DNA of 64,000 bases from Macrostomum lignano (taxonomy: Eukaryota), in NCBI GenBank assembly GCA_002269645.1, contig NIVC01001597.1, forward strand, positions 62,001-126,000. The letters are read 5' to 3'. Under the pieces are notes generated by a model that made no database searches, was not told the DNA's origin, and was given only the letters and a program-made list of their open reading frames with translations. Each line of letters opens with the position of its first letter. Position 1 is the stretch's first letter. Shown here piece after piece: positions 1-12,622 of this stretch. The position numbers and the translations under genes are program-made.

Positions 1-1989
1 TCGATGAAGTCACCAGCGCAGATGTCAGCAGCCTGCAGTTGCTGTTCGGCAACTACTGCCCAAGTCGGCGGTTGTGTAGTGGTGGCATTGCCTACCCCTC
101 GGAGTTGACCGCCAGCTGAAATGGGATTAAATATGAAGATTGTTCGTTTGCAGAAATGATCGGGCACTGTAGCAAATCTATAGGCGACAGTCAATCTACA
201 CGGACAGTGATGATCGGCAAGCAGTCACGCAAGAGACACACGTGTGCGACCTGAGAATCATTGGTTAATGGACCTAACCAAAGTTATAGCTTGTATACAA
301 AAGATTGTGCAGAAATGGAATTGTTATAAAAGGAAGTCAAATAAGTACAGTAATTTGATACCTGTGTGTACTCGTAGATAAGAAAAATTCGGGGCATTTT
401 CGAAAGAAACCTACGGTAGCCTTGTGTAACAATGCCCTTATTTGTACAAACAAAACTATGAGGGCATTACCTGGGTAGTGACGTCTTCTGCTTGCCCTCC
501 TTTCTAATCTTTCATCTGTCATCCTCGCGCTCTCCATTATATTTTTGGCTAAACCAACTGCAGGCCTTTGCCGACTGTTTACTGACAGACCCGCGGCTGG
601 ATTCATATACTATGAATATTAGTAACCTTTTGCCATTTCAGTCGATGACTGCATGCGCTGTGGCACACATTATGTGAGTGTACGGTAATATTCTCGTGGA
701 CAACTGCAGTAGAAGGATCCTATAATCTCACAATTTGTGCAAATTTCCTGGATTACGAGCTCATTCATCTATGGTGTAAACTCTGGGGCTGATCTTGCTC
801 CTCTGCAGCAGTTGCAAATGAGGCTATGCGCCGGCCTTGCTACCATAGACAAAAGCTCCGTCACACTGGCAAATGTATCTTGGATTAAATTCAATGCGCG
901 TAGGCCCAAATGGCTGCAAAATGCTATGGCTACTAGAGTATCTAGATAAGTAGTCTTAGAAAAATATATGAAAATATGAAAGTATAAATATATTATTGAA
1001 AACCCTGTTTAATTTGATTAACTGGCCTAAACTTCCCGTCGGTTTAAAAACCAGATTTCATTGTTATGCTATCAACATCGGGCAATGAGTTTGTGGCCGA
1101 TGAATACTTTGCCGCGTTCATCAAGTTTTTAGAGAATGGTCCGATGGAATAAGAAGACTTAGAGAAGATGAAGAATTGCCATTCTCCACCGAAGAGCCAG
1201 CGATGTTAGCATAATCTCTTCCTATCTCTTCTCTTCCTAGCAAGACTCGTGTCGGCCCATGGCTCGAGTTTTGTGAACGCTTACATTTCCGGCGCTAATC
1301 GACCTTTTCGTACTTCAAAGTTTCGTAAAACTGCCGATGCGACTCAGGGACTGGGAGAAGGGGCCGAGAGCATTCGGCTAGCTTGGAGTCAAATAATTAG
1401 CTGGAAAAAGTGATAGCTGGCTCCAATCATTTTTACCCATACTTCACACCTAAACAGACATGATTGCTTATTTTGGAATGCGCGAAATTCTAGGTGGTCT
1501 CCAGTGAGATTAACACGATTTGCAACTGTATCAGATAGAGTCCTTCTATCCTCGGTTGTCCATGAGTATAGTTCAGAATATGCAGCTTAATAGTCTCTTG
1601 TCGAAATTCAGAACCAGAACAGAACTTTAGAAAATTTTCCTTTCTCTTTTATAAAAGATAAAAAAACGACTTATGAATTATGAGACTCAGCCCAAACAAA
1701 CAAAACAAAATACTCGTACAAGTATGCAGTTTTAAAATTGTATTAGCAAAGTAGAAAATAAAATAATTGTCTTTAAATAGAAACATACATTACCTCAAGA
1801 CAACTTTACGGGTACATGTAATAACGACATTTTACGACTTCGGTGAAAATCTATCCAGTGGGTTTTCATACAGCTAATTTGAATTTGCCAACGAAATGCA
1901 TGTTTATAGCTGCAGCTTGAAGGCGAGCAGTCCCAAGCAATTTGGTTTTAAAGTTTATTGTCTCTCTTGCACTTTTTTGGCTAATTAAT

Positions 1990-3215
1990 TCACGAAATTA
2001 TTTCTCTGCTGCGGCAGCCAAGAGCTTGTTGCGGGTCGACCTGCACCTACAAGTACATGCTCGCTGCATCCGGCTGTTCTGCACGTACTCATTCACAGCT
2101 GCTCATCCAGAGGAGGCACGAGTGTTCTTGACCTCCTAGCTGGGCAGCTGGAGGAAGTGCCAAACCGGGACACACTGGTGGTGCTTGGAGACCTAGTTCT
2201 TTTGTCACCGGACGCGAGAACGCCAACACGGTCACGCTGAAGTTACCTGCTAAACTGGCTAGATCTAGTGTCCACTAACACCCAGTTCCACAAGCCTTCC
2301 TCCTGCCTGGTCACTTAATTTGCGCTCTGCAAGAGGAGGCGGCAGGATGCACGTGGGCGGAACGCGGAGGGAACGCCACTCGATCGCTTACTGCGTTACT
2401 AACTGCGACACAGGGGGGGGGGGGGGGCGTAGCCCAGCGGTCTAGCGCAGGCTCTGGTGTGCCAGCGACCCAGGCTCGATTCCAAGTGCAGTCACATTAA
2501 TTTGGGGCTGAATTGGAATCTCGGCTTGGCTCTGCTCGTGCAATTAACGGCCTTGAGAGCCAACCCCCCAAGGTGCAGTGAAGTGTACATGCCTAACGAT
2601 AAAATAAAGTTAGGGCCGCTGTACACTCCTGTGTGAGTGTGTGCCTGCGTACGTATCCGCGCGCTTGTATGCCTGCTCAGGGGAGTCGGCGGAATGGGCA
2701 GAAATGCCTCTCGCCGGTTGTGTGCCTATGTGGCTTAAAGTGCGCCAGGGTGCACACAACCCCCCTGTCTCTAATAAAAAAACTGCGACACCATGGCATC
2801 GCGCTTGGCGATCAGCGCGAGGCGTTGGGATACACAGACATCAGCGCTGCCGTGAGAGCGGTTTATGAACAGACGGTCCCACTGATGCGATCTGCACAAC
2901 GACCCTGCCTATCTGGTAGAGCGACCCCACCCTCGGGCGGACGCGTCTACCTTTGTGAATTGTGCGACTTCCTCTCGTCAGCATCGTGAACGCGCTAGAG
3001 CCGCCTATGCTCATCAACTTCTCGCTCCCGCCAGACACGCCGCTACAAGCCAAGGAGGACTTCTGCAGCAACTTAGTTACCAAGAAGTTCCCAAGACTTC
3101 CCAAGTAGTAGCAAGCGTGTTGAACTGCGTGCTTACTGGCACTCCCGCATCCACTGAGTGGAACACAGGGCACATTGTGACTATCCCGAAGAAGTCCGGG
3201 ACAAAGCGGAAAGAC
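1990..3215 (+). pseudogene. Degenerate LINE ORF2 relic (AP endonuclease to start of RT), split by a SINE
   Basis: Frameshifted peptides LAGQLEEVPNRDTLVVLGDL (~2140-2195), DLVSTNTQFHKPSSCLVT (~2262-2315) and PASTEWNTGHIVTIPKKSG (~3145-3200) match LINE APE and pre-RT motifs. Confidence 0.75.
2412..2780 (+). mobile_element. tRNA-derived SINE, copy 1
   Basis: A box TAGCCCAGCGG, B box GGCTCGATTCC, tail CTAATAAAAA; 11-bp TSD aactgcgacac at 2401-2411 and 2781-2791. Confidence 0.9.
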
Positions 3216-3406
3216 AAGGAAATCTCACCCATGAGGGCCAACCCCAAGGCACAAGAAGTGTACATGACAGGATCAGGATCAGGATCAGGATCAGTTGTGA
3301 TCGAAAAACAATGTGGTTGAAGGCGTTGCGCCAGGTTGCTTATACAGCCCTCCTGTGCATATTTATTATTTGGACGATTTTTACAGACATTTCCGTCCCA
3401 GTAGTG

Positions 3407-3618
3407 CAGGGGTCGACAAACTGCGGCCCTCGGGTCATTAGAAACTTCACAATATTAATCCGGCCAGCTCAAGGATTGTGTCTCTTCTCAGCTTCCTTCT
3501 CTATAATCTCCTCTCCCTTCTCTTTCTCTTTCTCTCTTCTTTCTCCCTTTCTCCGGCCCGCAGTCATGCGCTGGGTTCTCTATCTGGCCATTGAGGTAAA
3601 AAAAGTTAGCCGACCCTT
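3407..3618. mobile_element. hAT-like MITE, short copy
   Basis: Starts CAGGGGTCGACAAAC and ends GTTAGCCGACCCTT; subterminal sequence is homologous, inverted, to the 23003-23805 element; no TSD seen. Confidence 0.6.
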
Positions 3619-3751
3619 TCCAGACTACGGTTGAAAGTTAAAAGCTCCGATCTACAACCCCAGTGTCACATTCCTTGTATTTAGCGCGGTCAGTGCGATG
3701 TACTCTTACTATTCCCTTACTAATTCCCTTACTAATGCCAAATTGACTCAC

Positions 3752-3992
3752 CGACTGCCAGCTCTTCGTCCTCCAACTGCAGTCCCCGAGTCCACATTAC
3801 GCAATAGTAGTCAGTAAGCCTCTCCGGGCAGAACATGCCGTCACTCTTGTAAAAACATCCGGAATTGATAGCGGCAAACTTGCTAGTGCTGTTGCGCAAT
3901 CGCCTGTCCAGCTCGTCTGGTGACTCCGGCGCGTGTCCGGACTTGCTGGCCCGGAACCGGATGCGACCTCCGCCGCCGCCTCCGCGACCCAT
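3752..3992 (-). CDS. Candidate first coding exon of an unidentified gene
   Basis: ATG at 3992, 80 non-repetitive codons, then donor G|GTGAGT at 3751; acceptor-like TTTTAG upstream at 4025; partner exons not found. Confidence 0.35.
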
Positions 3993-4443
3993 CCTGATAC
4001 TTGACTCTGGATGGACAATTCACTCTAAAACTAAAAACAATCCTTGAACAAAGTCTCTATCCAATGCAATAAACCAGCTGGGTTAAGCTACAGCATATAT
4101 GTGTATATATAGACTTGCACGCACCGTGTGCGGGCTTTAGCTATATCCAGTTTATCGTCCCAACTCTTCCCTCCACCCCGTTTCCCATTCGATCAGCATC
4201 CCCTCTCCTTCCTCCTCTGTCTCTCAGCCCCTGTAGAGGCAGCGAATACCGAGGCTCTTCCCTGTTGGAAACGAAGGGTTTGCTATAGCAATATTTTATT
4301 CACCCAGAACCCCCGGAAAATGTGTGCGCTGCAGCTGGACAAAAAACACTATGATTTAAAAAATCCAACTGCATGAAGTTACAGAAAGCTGGGAAAAAAT
4401 GTTGTTTTCATTGCAAAAGTTTTCGCTCCACATCTGCTTGTCT

Positions 4444-4805
4444 TTTATTAGAGGCAGGGGGGGGGCTGTGTGCACCCTGGCGCACTTTAAGCGACATAGG
4501 CACACAACCGGCGAGAGGCATTACTTCCCATTCCGCCGACTCCCCTGAGCAGGCATACAAGCGCGCGGATACGTACGCAGGCACACACTCACACAGGAGT
4601 GTACAGCGGCCCTAACTTTATATTATCGTTAGGCATGTACACTTCACTGCGCCTTGGGGGGTTGGCTCTCAAGGCCGTTAATTGCACGAGCAGAGCCAAG
4701 CCGAGATTCCAATTCAGCCCCAAATTAATGTGACTGCACTTGGAATCGAGCCTGGGTCGCTGGCACACCAGAGCCTGCGCTAGACCGCTGGGCTACGGCC
4801 CCCCT
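4444..4805 (-). mobile_element. tRNA-derived SINE, copy 2 (inverted relative to copy 1)
   Basis: Near-identical reverse complement of copy 1; 13-bp TSD catctgcttgtct at 4431-4443 and 4806-4818. Confidence 0.9.
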
Positions 4806-5377
4806 CATCTGCTTGTCTGTAAATTTAGAAAAGTACACATGAATCGCTTCTTACTGAATTGCGGAACACAATCAATGTCTCTTTCCTGATGTTGCTTTGA
4901 ATGCGCTCATTTCTGCCGTCTTAACGAAAGAACTGTACGTCCTTTACTGACATTTACAAGTGGTTTCTACTCGAAACAGAAATCGTCTGGATTACAATTT
5001 TTTCTTTATTTGCTCAGTGCATTTCTGTCAATCAGATGTTGACCGAATCATTATCGATATAGCTAATATACGCTCGCAGATATCTCTCTTTTAATGGTTA
5101 AGTTAGCTGATTACAAGAAGTACGTTCATTATGTCGATTTTTAAAAGGCCACTAGAGTTTATCTATGTTTGAAGGAATATCGCTTGAATATACAGTAGGG
5201 TTCCTGTGACCCATTTTAACTAATTTATAATAGCGATTTTCGGTGTTGGTTGCACCAAAAAAGGTCACATTATATATGACGTATTTACATGATATTTACA
5301 TGCACGTTATGACACACATGCCACCCAATCAAAACTTTTAAAAGCCCAAACAACTGCTGAAGTAGAAGGATGTAGGC

Positions 5378-6446
5378 TATGCTGGATTTTCTTAGACTTG
5401 ACTTATGCTTGGATTTTCTTAGAAATGGGCTGGTAAGGAACTTATGCTTGGATTTTCTTAGAAATGGGCTGGTAAGGAACTTATGCTTGGATTTTCTTAG
5501 AAATGGGCTGGTAAGGAACTTATGCTTGGATTTTTTTAGAAATGGGCTGGTAAGGAACTTATGCTTGGATTTTCTTAGAAATGGGCTGGTCAGGAATTTA
5601 TGTTTGTATTTTCTTAGAAATGGGCAGGTAAGGAACTTATGTTTGGATTTTCTTAGAAATGGGCTGGTAAGGAACTTATGTTTGGATTTTCTTAGAAATG
5701 GGCAGGTAAGGAACTTATGCTTGGATTTTCTTAGAAATGGGCTGGTAAGGAATTTATGTTTGGATTTTCTTAGAAATGGGCAGGTAAGGAACTTATGCTT
5801 GGATTTTCTTAGAAATGGGCTGGTAAGGAACTTATGTTTGTATTTTCTTAGAAATGGGCAGGTAAGGAACTTATGTTTGGATTTTCTTAGAAATGGGCTG
5901 GTAAGGAACTTATGTTTGGATTTTCTTAGAAATGGGCTGGTCAGGAATTTATGTTTGTATTTTCTTAGAAATGGGCAGGTAAGGAACTTATGTTTGGATT
6001 TTCTTAGAAATGGGCTGGTAAGGAACTTATGTTTGGATTTTCTTAGAAATGGGCTGGTAAGGAATTTATGTTTGGATTTTCTTAGAAATGGGCAGGTAAG
6101 GAACTTATGCTTGGATTTTCTTAGAAATGGGCTGGTAAGGAATTTATGTTTGGATTTTCTTAGAAATGGGCAGGTAAGGAACTTATGCTTGGATTTTCTT
6201 AGAAATGGGCTGGTAAGGAACTTATGTTTGTATTTTCTTAGAAATGGGCAGGTAAGGAACTTATGTTTGGATTTTCTTAGAAATGGGCTGGTAAGGAACT
6301 TATGTTTGGATTTTCTTAGAAATGGGCAGGTAAGGAACTTATGCTTGGATTTTCTTAGAAATGGGCAGGTAAGGAACTTATGTTTGGATTTTCTTAGAAA
6401 TGGGCAGGTAAGGAACTTATGTTTGATTTTTTTAGAAATGGGTAGG
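5378..6446. repeat. 39-bp minisatellite, ~27 copies
   Basis: Unit aggaacttatgcttggattttcttagaaatgggctggta; produces the 13-aa repeat ORFs on both strands. Confidence 0.95.
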
Positions 6447-7359
6447 TAAAAGGAACTTGTGTTTGTCGTATTACCGGCATTCAACTTATTTCTAAGAAAA
6501 TTCAGTGTTTCGTCGTTCTAATGAATTTGGACATCTAGATCCTCTGCTCTGCTTTTACTGTAAGATGTTTATATCGATGCAGTTTATTTTGGCAACACTA
6601 TACAATTCTGCGGAAAAAATTCCTCGCTTGAATAACCAGAGATTATTTATGGGTCAGACTCTATCATAGTGCCGCGATAAATTTTGCAACCATGCGGATA
6701 AACCATAATAAACAAAACGCCCATTAGTTGTATGTCCCAATTCAGCGTCAACAGCAGCATCTCATGCTCGGGTTGTCTTCTTCTCCTTCAATCTGTGGTT
6801 GGATGACAGCTATTATTTATAGTGTATGCGAATTTTAATAGCTTCAAGGTCAATCAATTGACGACCTTATTGATTGAAATCGTTCTCCAGCGCTCACAAA
6901 AGCTTCATGTAAACTTGAAACAGTCGAATTCAACAGCCCGAAAAAAAACAAAAATCGAAGTTCCGTCATGTGTGCCGTGAAGCAGCTGGCATCTGATATA
7001 CTTCCGTTGTTGCTGCTACATGCATGAAGTTGCTGCTGAATGGTGAGAAACCCTAACAGTTCTGGACACTGCAAGTCAGCCTCTACCCAGCCAGTCAGAT
7101 ACATCCACGGTAGCTATGCAGCACAGCACTCCGATTCTGGTATTGATCTCAGCGCGGGATCTTTCTCGATCCCAATTCTCTCAATCCCAATTGCCCTTCC
7201 CTATTCCTTGGCAAATTGATTTCCTATTTGCCTGTAGCCAAGAAGCATCAAGTGGATAGGGTTTCTTAGTTTTTTAATCGAATTATAATTACTTTGCTAT
7301 ATACTGTGTTCCATCGCCTGCTCACCGAGCTAACCCATGCAAGATGAAAAGCCTTGAGT

Positions 7360-10070
7360 ATACTCCTACATATAGTTCGTATGTACACACACTGTGCACA
7401 CACCACCAAGGCTGGAATGCTCAAATTGACGAAAAAATAAGCCACAAAAACACAAAGAAGTTTTATTGCTCACTTCTTTCCGCAAAGAAACGAACTGTAA
7501 AAAGCAGAACACACTTTGACCTGGAGAAGCTGAAAGACGAGAACATCAGGGACAAATTCCAGAGTGAACTTGCATCGAGATTTGCACCTCTGCTACAACT
7601 CGCAAAAGACCAACATTCACGAATAATAGGATATGACAGCGGAAGCAGCAAGGAAAGTTCTGGGGAAGCACTGAAGAATCCAGAAAGCCGTGGATCATCA
7701 AAGAGGTCCTAGCGACGTAAGCTACGAAGCAAAAGACATGAGGGAGAGAAACAGCTGTAAACGAGTACAGAAAAGAAAACAAAGAAGTGCGAAGGCAATT
7801 GAGAAAAGGGAAAGAAGAATGGGTAGAGGAACATTAAGCTAGGCTGGTGGAAAGCAACAACCGCCGTAAAGACGGTCTCTGACTGTTTTTACCCTGGCTG
7901 CCTCTCTGGCGGCATTTCTCGGGTTGTGCGCAATCCAATAAGAGTCCTCACCGGAGGTGATGTACTCATCTAAAAATAACCCTATTTTTTCTTTCCAATT
8001 AATTTTTCGGCCCTCGGCCTTGGTTTAGGGGGTGTACCTGGAGTGAGTGCATACTCTGGACTGCAGTGTGGCTAGAACGCGACTTGAGCCCCCCGGTTGC
8101 ACCCGCCCTGCAGGAAAGAAAATGACCATTCACAAAGGTGTACGGTAGAGCCCAGTTAGCATGCCAGCCCTGAGGCTGAGCCCCGAGTTTAGGGTTCAGG
8201 TGCTCCTCCCTTTGTTTTTTATCCCCTTTGTGTTTTATCATATCTTTGTGCTTTTATTAATGTAAGGCCTTTGAATGCCGTTCCAAAATTCTGGAGTTAT
8301 GAGCTCTGCCCGATCCCTGCCCGGTCCATCTTGCTCTGTCCTTGGTCCATCTGCTGGCTCCTCTGGTTGTCTCCCTGCCCTTGTGTCTTGGCTCTCATCC
8401 TGACAGTGGATTGAAGGGAGTTCTGGGGCTGATGTTCGTCCCGAATCGGGGATACCGGCTGAGTCCGGGTCCTCTTGCTCCTTTTGCCCCTTCCCGACCT
8501 CTTGGCCTGGCCTCCAATAGGTAGGTGATACCCTTGGGCTTGCAGCCCTGTAGGTAGTCGTAGGTCCTGCCTGACAGGAGACTCGCCCTCGGAAACAAGC
8601 CTTCCAGACTCGCTCCAAAATTAAGCCATTTCCGAGACTTCGGGGTTTCCCCGCTCTCGGACCGCTTTCAGTAGTATCCCAAGTTTTTTTCCAATTCTTT
8701 TTTTGCGCACTCCCGGGACTTGTCTGCTGGGTGATGGCTTGGGTGGACTCGGTCTTAGCACCGTCCCTGATACCACTTTTGGGTTGGCGGTGTCTTAGTC
8801 CATAGGTTTGGGTTGGCAGATTCCCCTGGCCTCGACGTCAGGGTCCAATCTCGGGGTATCTCGGGCTATATGCCCCTGGTAGTGCCCCTCAGCGGCAGAG
8901 CCCCTCCCAGGGCTGATCCGCGGGTAGCTCCCGGCTTCCCACCCCCGTTTAGCAACAACAAAGCAACTCGAGAGAAGCTTATAAAACAATCAAGAACTTG
9001 ACGGAAAGACGCAAAAAAACATATGAATGCACGTCGAGATGAAGGCAGCTAGGTTTCAGAAAAGGACCGGAGCACTATATAGAGCAAATTACCAACTAGC
9101 GACTATATGCCAGAAATCACCAAAAGATCATCTGTCACGATTTCATAGACTTCAAAAAGGCCTTTGAAAGCGCTGTCAAATAAAAAATCGGAGAAGACAT
9201 CACAAGAGTAATTAAGCGACTGTCTGAAGAAGTATTTAGCGCGTAGAACTACATGTATGTCTGAAAAACGGTTAATGAATGACAGACACCATAGAGGAAC
9301 TGCATTGAGGTCAGAATCAGCTGCGGAGGCATGAAATCAACAACTCGAGGTTTGCAGATGACATTGATTTGATTGGCAAAGATCGAGGAAGAATGGCAGA
9401 ACTGACAGCAAATCTGGACAGAATTTCAAGACAGTTTGGCATGGAAGTCAGCAAAGAAAAGAGCAAGCTGACAATGGGACAGAGAATGATGAGGAAAATT
9501 AAGTCAGGCTATAGGGATTGTGATTGATGAAGAAGTTTAAATATCTAGGGGCAACCATCATTGAGAATGGGACACCTCGGAGGAAAAGATCAGAATCGGA
9601 ATTGAGCTCGATTTTGGTGGCTCAAAGGAGGTCGGTTTGAAAATCGCCTCAAGATCACAAAGGCGGTCACCTGGACGACACTGCGAGAGCTGGACTATGG
9701 AGAAGACAAGTATGGAGACACAAGATCAAGCGTTTGCTATAAAACGTTACAGAATGCTAAATGGTTTCATGGAAAGAGAGAAAGACAAAGGCCTAGCTGG
9801 ATTTGGAGAAAAGACGGATATTGGGAAGGAACCAGAATCTGTGATCAAGCGGAGAATAAAGCTCAAATAGCTCGTATTACGGGTAGCTCGTATCAGACAA
9901 GGAATCCGAAGAGGAAGACCGAAAAGGCAGTTGGGAAGATGACCTGAAGGAATGGACCAGTTGGACAAGAGGAGTCTAAGAAAAAGCAGCGAACAGGCAG
10001 TGTTGGTGGCGGAATATTACGAGTAGGCTGGTGCATGAATGTGGTGCATCCACGGTCATAACGGCTAACT
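7360..10070 (+). pseudogene. Degenerate RTE-clade LINE, interrupted by a 1.1-kb insert
   Basis: FDLEKLKDENIRDKFQSELASRF (~7515), FIDFKKAF (~9143), FADDIDLIG (~9352), FKYLGATI (~9536); removing 7859-8959 restores ESNSREAYKTIKNL. Confidence 0.8.
7859..8959. mobile_element. Unclassified 1.1-kb insertion
   Basis: Flanked by direct repeat aaagcaac (7851-7858, 8960-8967); GC-rich, no convincing ORF, no TIR or TG..CA ends. Confidence 0.6.
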
Positions 10071-10665
10071 GCTAAGAACTTTTAGCCTCGATCTGGCCCT
10101 ACATGTTCATGTACATGTATGCATGCGAGCCGTTATAGGTGTCGTCACAAAATACACGTGTACACAGTATAATGCACATGATTTAGGGGGTAAATGGGGG
10201 CGGTAACTTACGCAGAGAATTAATATGCGATAACAAGCTGTACATGTACATGTATAGACTGTATAGTAGCTAAGGTTATTGTGTCTCAGACTTTAAGTTG
10301 TAAACGACTAAGAGTGTACATTTTTCTGAAGTTACTGGGAAAAACGTTTCTTACATAAAATTTTAGGTGGATATATATACAATGTTGCAATTGTACTCCG
10401 CGTGCGTTGATCGAGACACGAATCAAACAACGAATCACTTTACTTTTAATTAGCTTTTACATTATACCCACGTATTACGTAAGTGAAAATGCAAATGCAA
10501 ATACAAATGAAAAATTTGCGATTTGCCAATGACCATCCATCGACGTCGGAAAATCATTTCTTCATGCAAGAAATGCTGCTGAAAGAGTCCGGCAAAATTT
10601 TCATTGTTACGAACTGGACAGATTTTTAACAGTAATACGTTGCTCGTGCTCATACATGTACGTAA

Positions 10666-11455
10666 ACAGCAACAACAACAACAGAATACGCAGTTAGCGT
10701 CACAGGGCGCGCTTCAAAGCCAGGTCGCGAATGAACGCCACGCCGCCAGCCGAATCCGGGGCGCCGGCGTCAGCCAGTAGGCAGTCGACGAAACGCCGAG
10801 TGCGGGCCTGCCCCCGTCGGTAGGGTTCCTGCAGCGTTAGCAGCAGCACCTCCTGCACCGGCTCTGGGCAGTACGACTCGGCGCGGATGATGTGGCCTGC
10901 CAGCTGGAGTCGCCGACGGCGCAACAGGTCGCTTTGGACGGACCAGGCCGGCGCGGTGATACAATAAAGCCGCGTTGGTGACTCGCTCGTAGCCGATCTT
11001 GAAGGCAGCGCGCAGCAGGCCAGCGTGCGCCGCGTCAACTTGCTGCTCGAGCGACTCCGTCAGCGTCCATGTATCGGCGTTGTACAGCAGGACGGTCTCG
11101 ATCACCGCCTGGAACAAATGCCGCCCTCTGGCGGTCAGAAGGCCTCGGACTGCAGGACTGCCCTCACAGAACGAAAGGCAGCCCAGGCAAGCCCGCGGCG
11201 ACGCCGCAGATCCTCACGGACGCCGGGAACCAGACCGCCGAGGTTAGACGAACTGCACTGACAACGCGGCCGGAAGCTCTGTCGCCTGTCTTATCAGCGC
11301 CTCGGCATAAAATTGCAGCCTCGATGTCGTCCGTCACGCAGAGCATGACGGTTTTCTGCGTGTTGACAACCAGGCCGCCACTCGCCGCAACAGCAACTAG
11401 CTTGTCCAGTTGTCGCTGGGCGCCCTCGACAGTTAGGACAGCAGATGTGTAGATG
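10666..11455 (-). mobile_element. 5'-truncated RTE-like LINE (RT C-terminus)
   Basis: MFQAVIETVLLYNADTWTLT and RRRLQLAGHIIR motifs with frameshifts; (GTT)n tail; 13-bp TSD tacatgtacgtaa at 10653-10665 and 11456-11468. Confidence 0.9.
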
Positions 11456-12406
11456 TACATGTACGTAAGCTTAAGCTCGACCGATCTGTGGCTAGACCTA
11501 TGGGCCACTGGAAAATACTGTAAAAATAAGTTAAATTTTAGGCTAATTTGAAGGAGTGTATAGCAGGAGTGCTAAATATAGCTGCCAGCAGGTTCTCGAT
11601 CTTTTAAAAGTGCATGGCGTTTGACTATATTGCAGCATATAACGCATTAAAAATCAGTGAAATCCCTTAAACTGTAGACATATGCTAGAATACAGCATTG
11701 TAAACATACAACACTCGGGGTAATACTTCTATGAATAATTTTTCGGGGATCAAGCTGTTGTTCAACCAAAGGACTAACGTAAAAGCCTCCTTGATAAATA
11801 AACCCAAAAAAAGAAAACTCTTATAAATATTTTTTAACTCTAAGCTTTTTAAAAATACTTAAGCGACACATACCAGCGAAAACCTAGTTGAAAAAGGCAG
11901 GAAGTAGCTAGTTTTGTTTTAGTTTCTAAAGTTCTTTGCAACATTTTAAACCAATAAGTTAAATATCGCGGAATATTATATAATTACGAGAAATGAAAAT
12001 TCCCCGTCATTAATATATATTAATTGTAAAATTTTTGACTAAAATTGAAAGAAATTCTGGACTGATAACTGTGTCTTGTCTGCACTGTGAATAAAATGAG
12101 GCTCGCTAATTGAAACTGCTCTTTTGCTATATTCTGGCGAGTTAATTTTGGTGTTACCAAAAGGCAAAAAGTCTAAAGTCAAAATCCCAAGCCATTAAAC
12201 GTACAGTCCCGAATTTTCCTTGTTGCAGTTATTACTTTTCTAGCTTTAATAAACTTGCTTTCGATAGCTCTGAAGCTTTATTCTATTTTTAGTACCCGCT
12301 GGCCGCTGGTGTATTTTTATAAGCCTATCATCCCTTAGACTTAGAAATATCCTCTCAAAAGCAAAATCTTAAAAGTGAGCTTCGTTCAGTATTATCAAGT
12401 AAAATT

Positions 12407-12622
12407 ATGGCCACAGCTGGTGACTCACTTAAATGGCAAGATCTTTTGGAGAAAGAGTTTGACAAAGCATTTGTTGATTTGGATGTATTACTTGGTGATG
12501 TAGATCCTGATCAATCAGATATAACTGAAGATGGACGGCAGCATTTAACAGCACTTAGTGGATCATTTGCTCAGTTGGCTCAGAAAGCACAGACTATATT
12601 TCATTATAATGCTAAGCTGGAG
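12407..12622 (+). CDS. GOPC: GOPC (Golgi PDZ and coiled-coil protein) exon 1
   Basis: LEKEFDKAFVDLDVLLGDVDPDQSDIT matches the GOPC N-terminus; donor GTAAGT at 12623. Model join(12407..12622,14763..15294,17812..18184,19226..19406) = 433 aa. Confidence 0.93.

Noticed and set aside
1-1400. Short ORFs at the window start and 6850-7104
   Set aside because: No recognisable motifs or consistent splice-phase partners.
2424-2496. tRNA gene
   Set aside because: No complete cloverleaf; the head is part of a SINE with a tail and TSD.
5285-6484. 399-aa and 356-aa repetitive ORFs (LRR-like LDFLRNG)
   Set aside because: They are translations of a 39-bp minisatellite that is open on both strands, with no unique domain or splice context.
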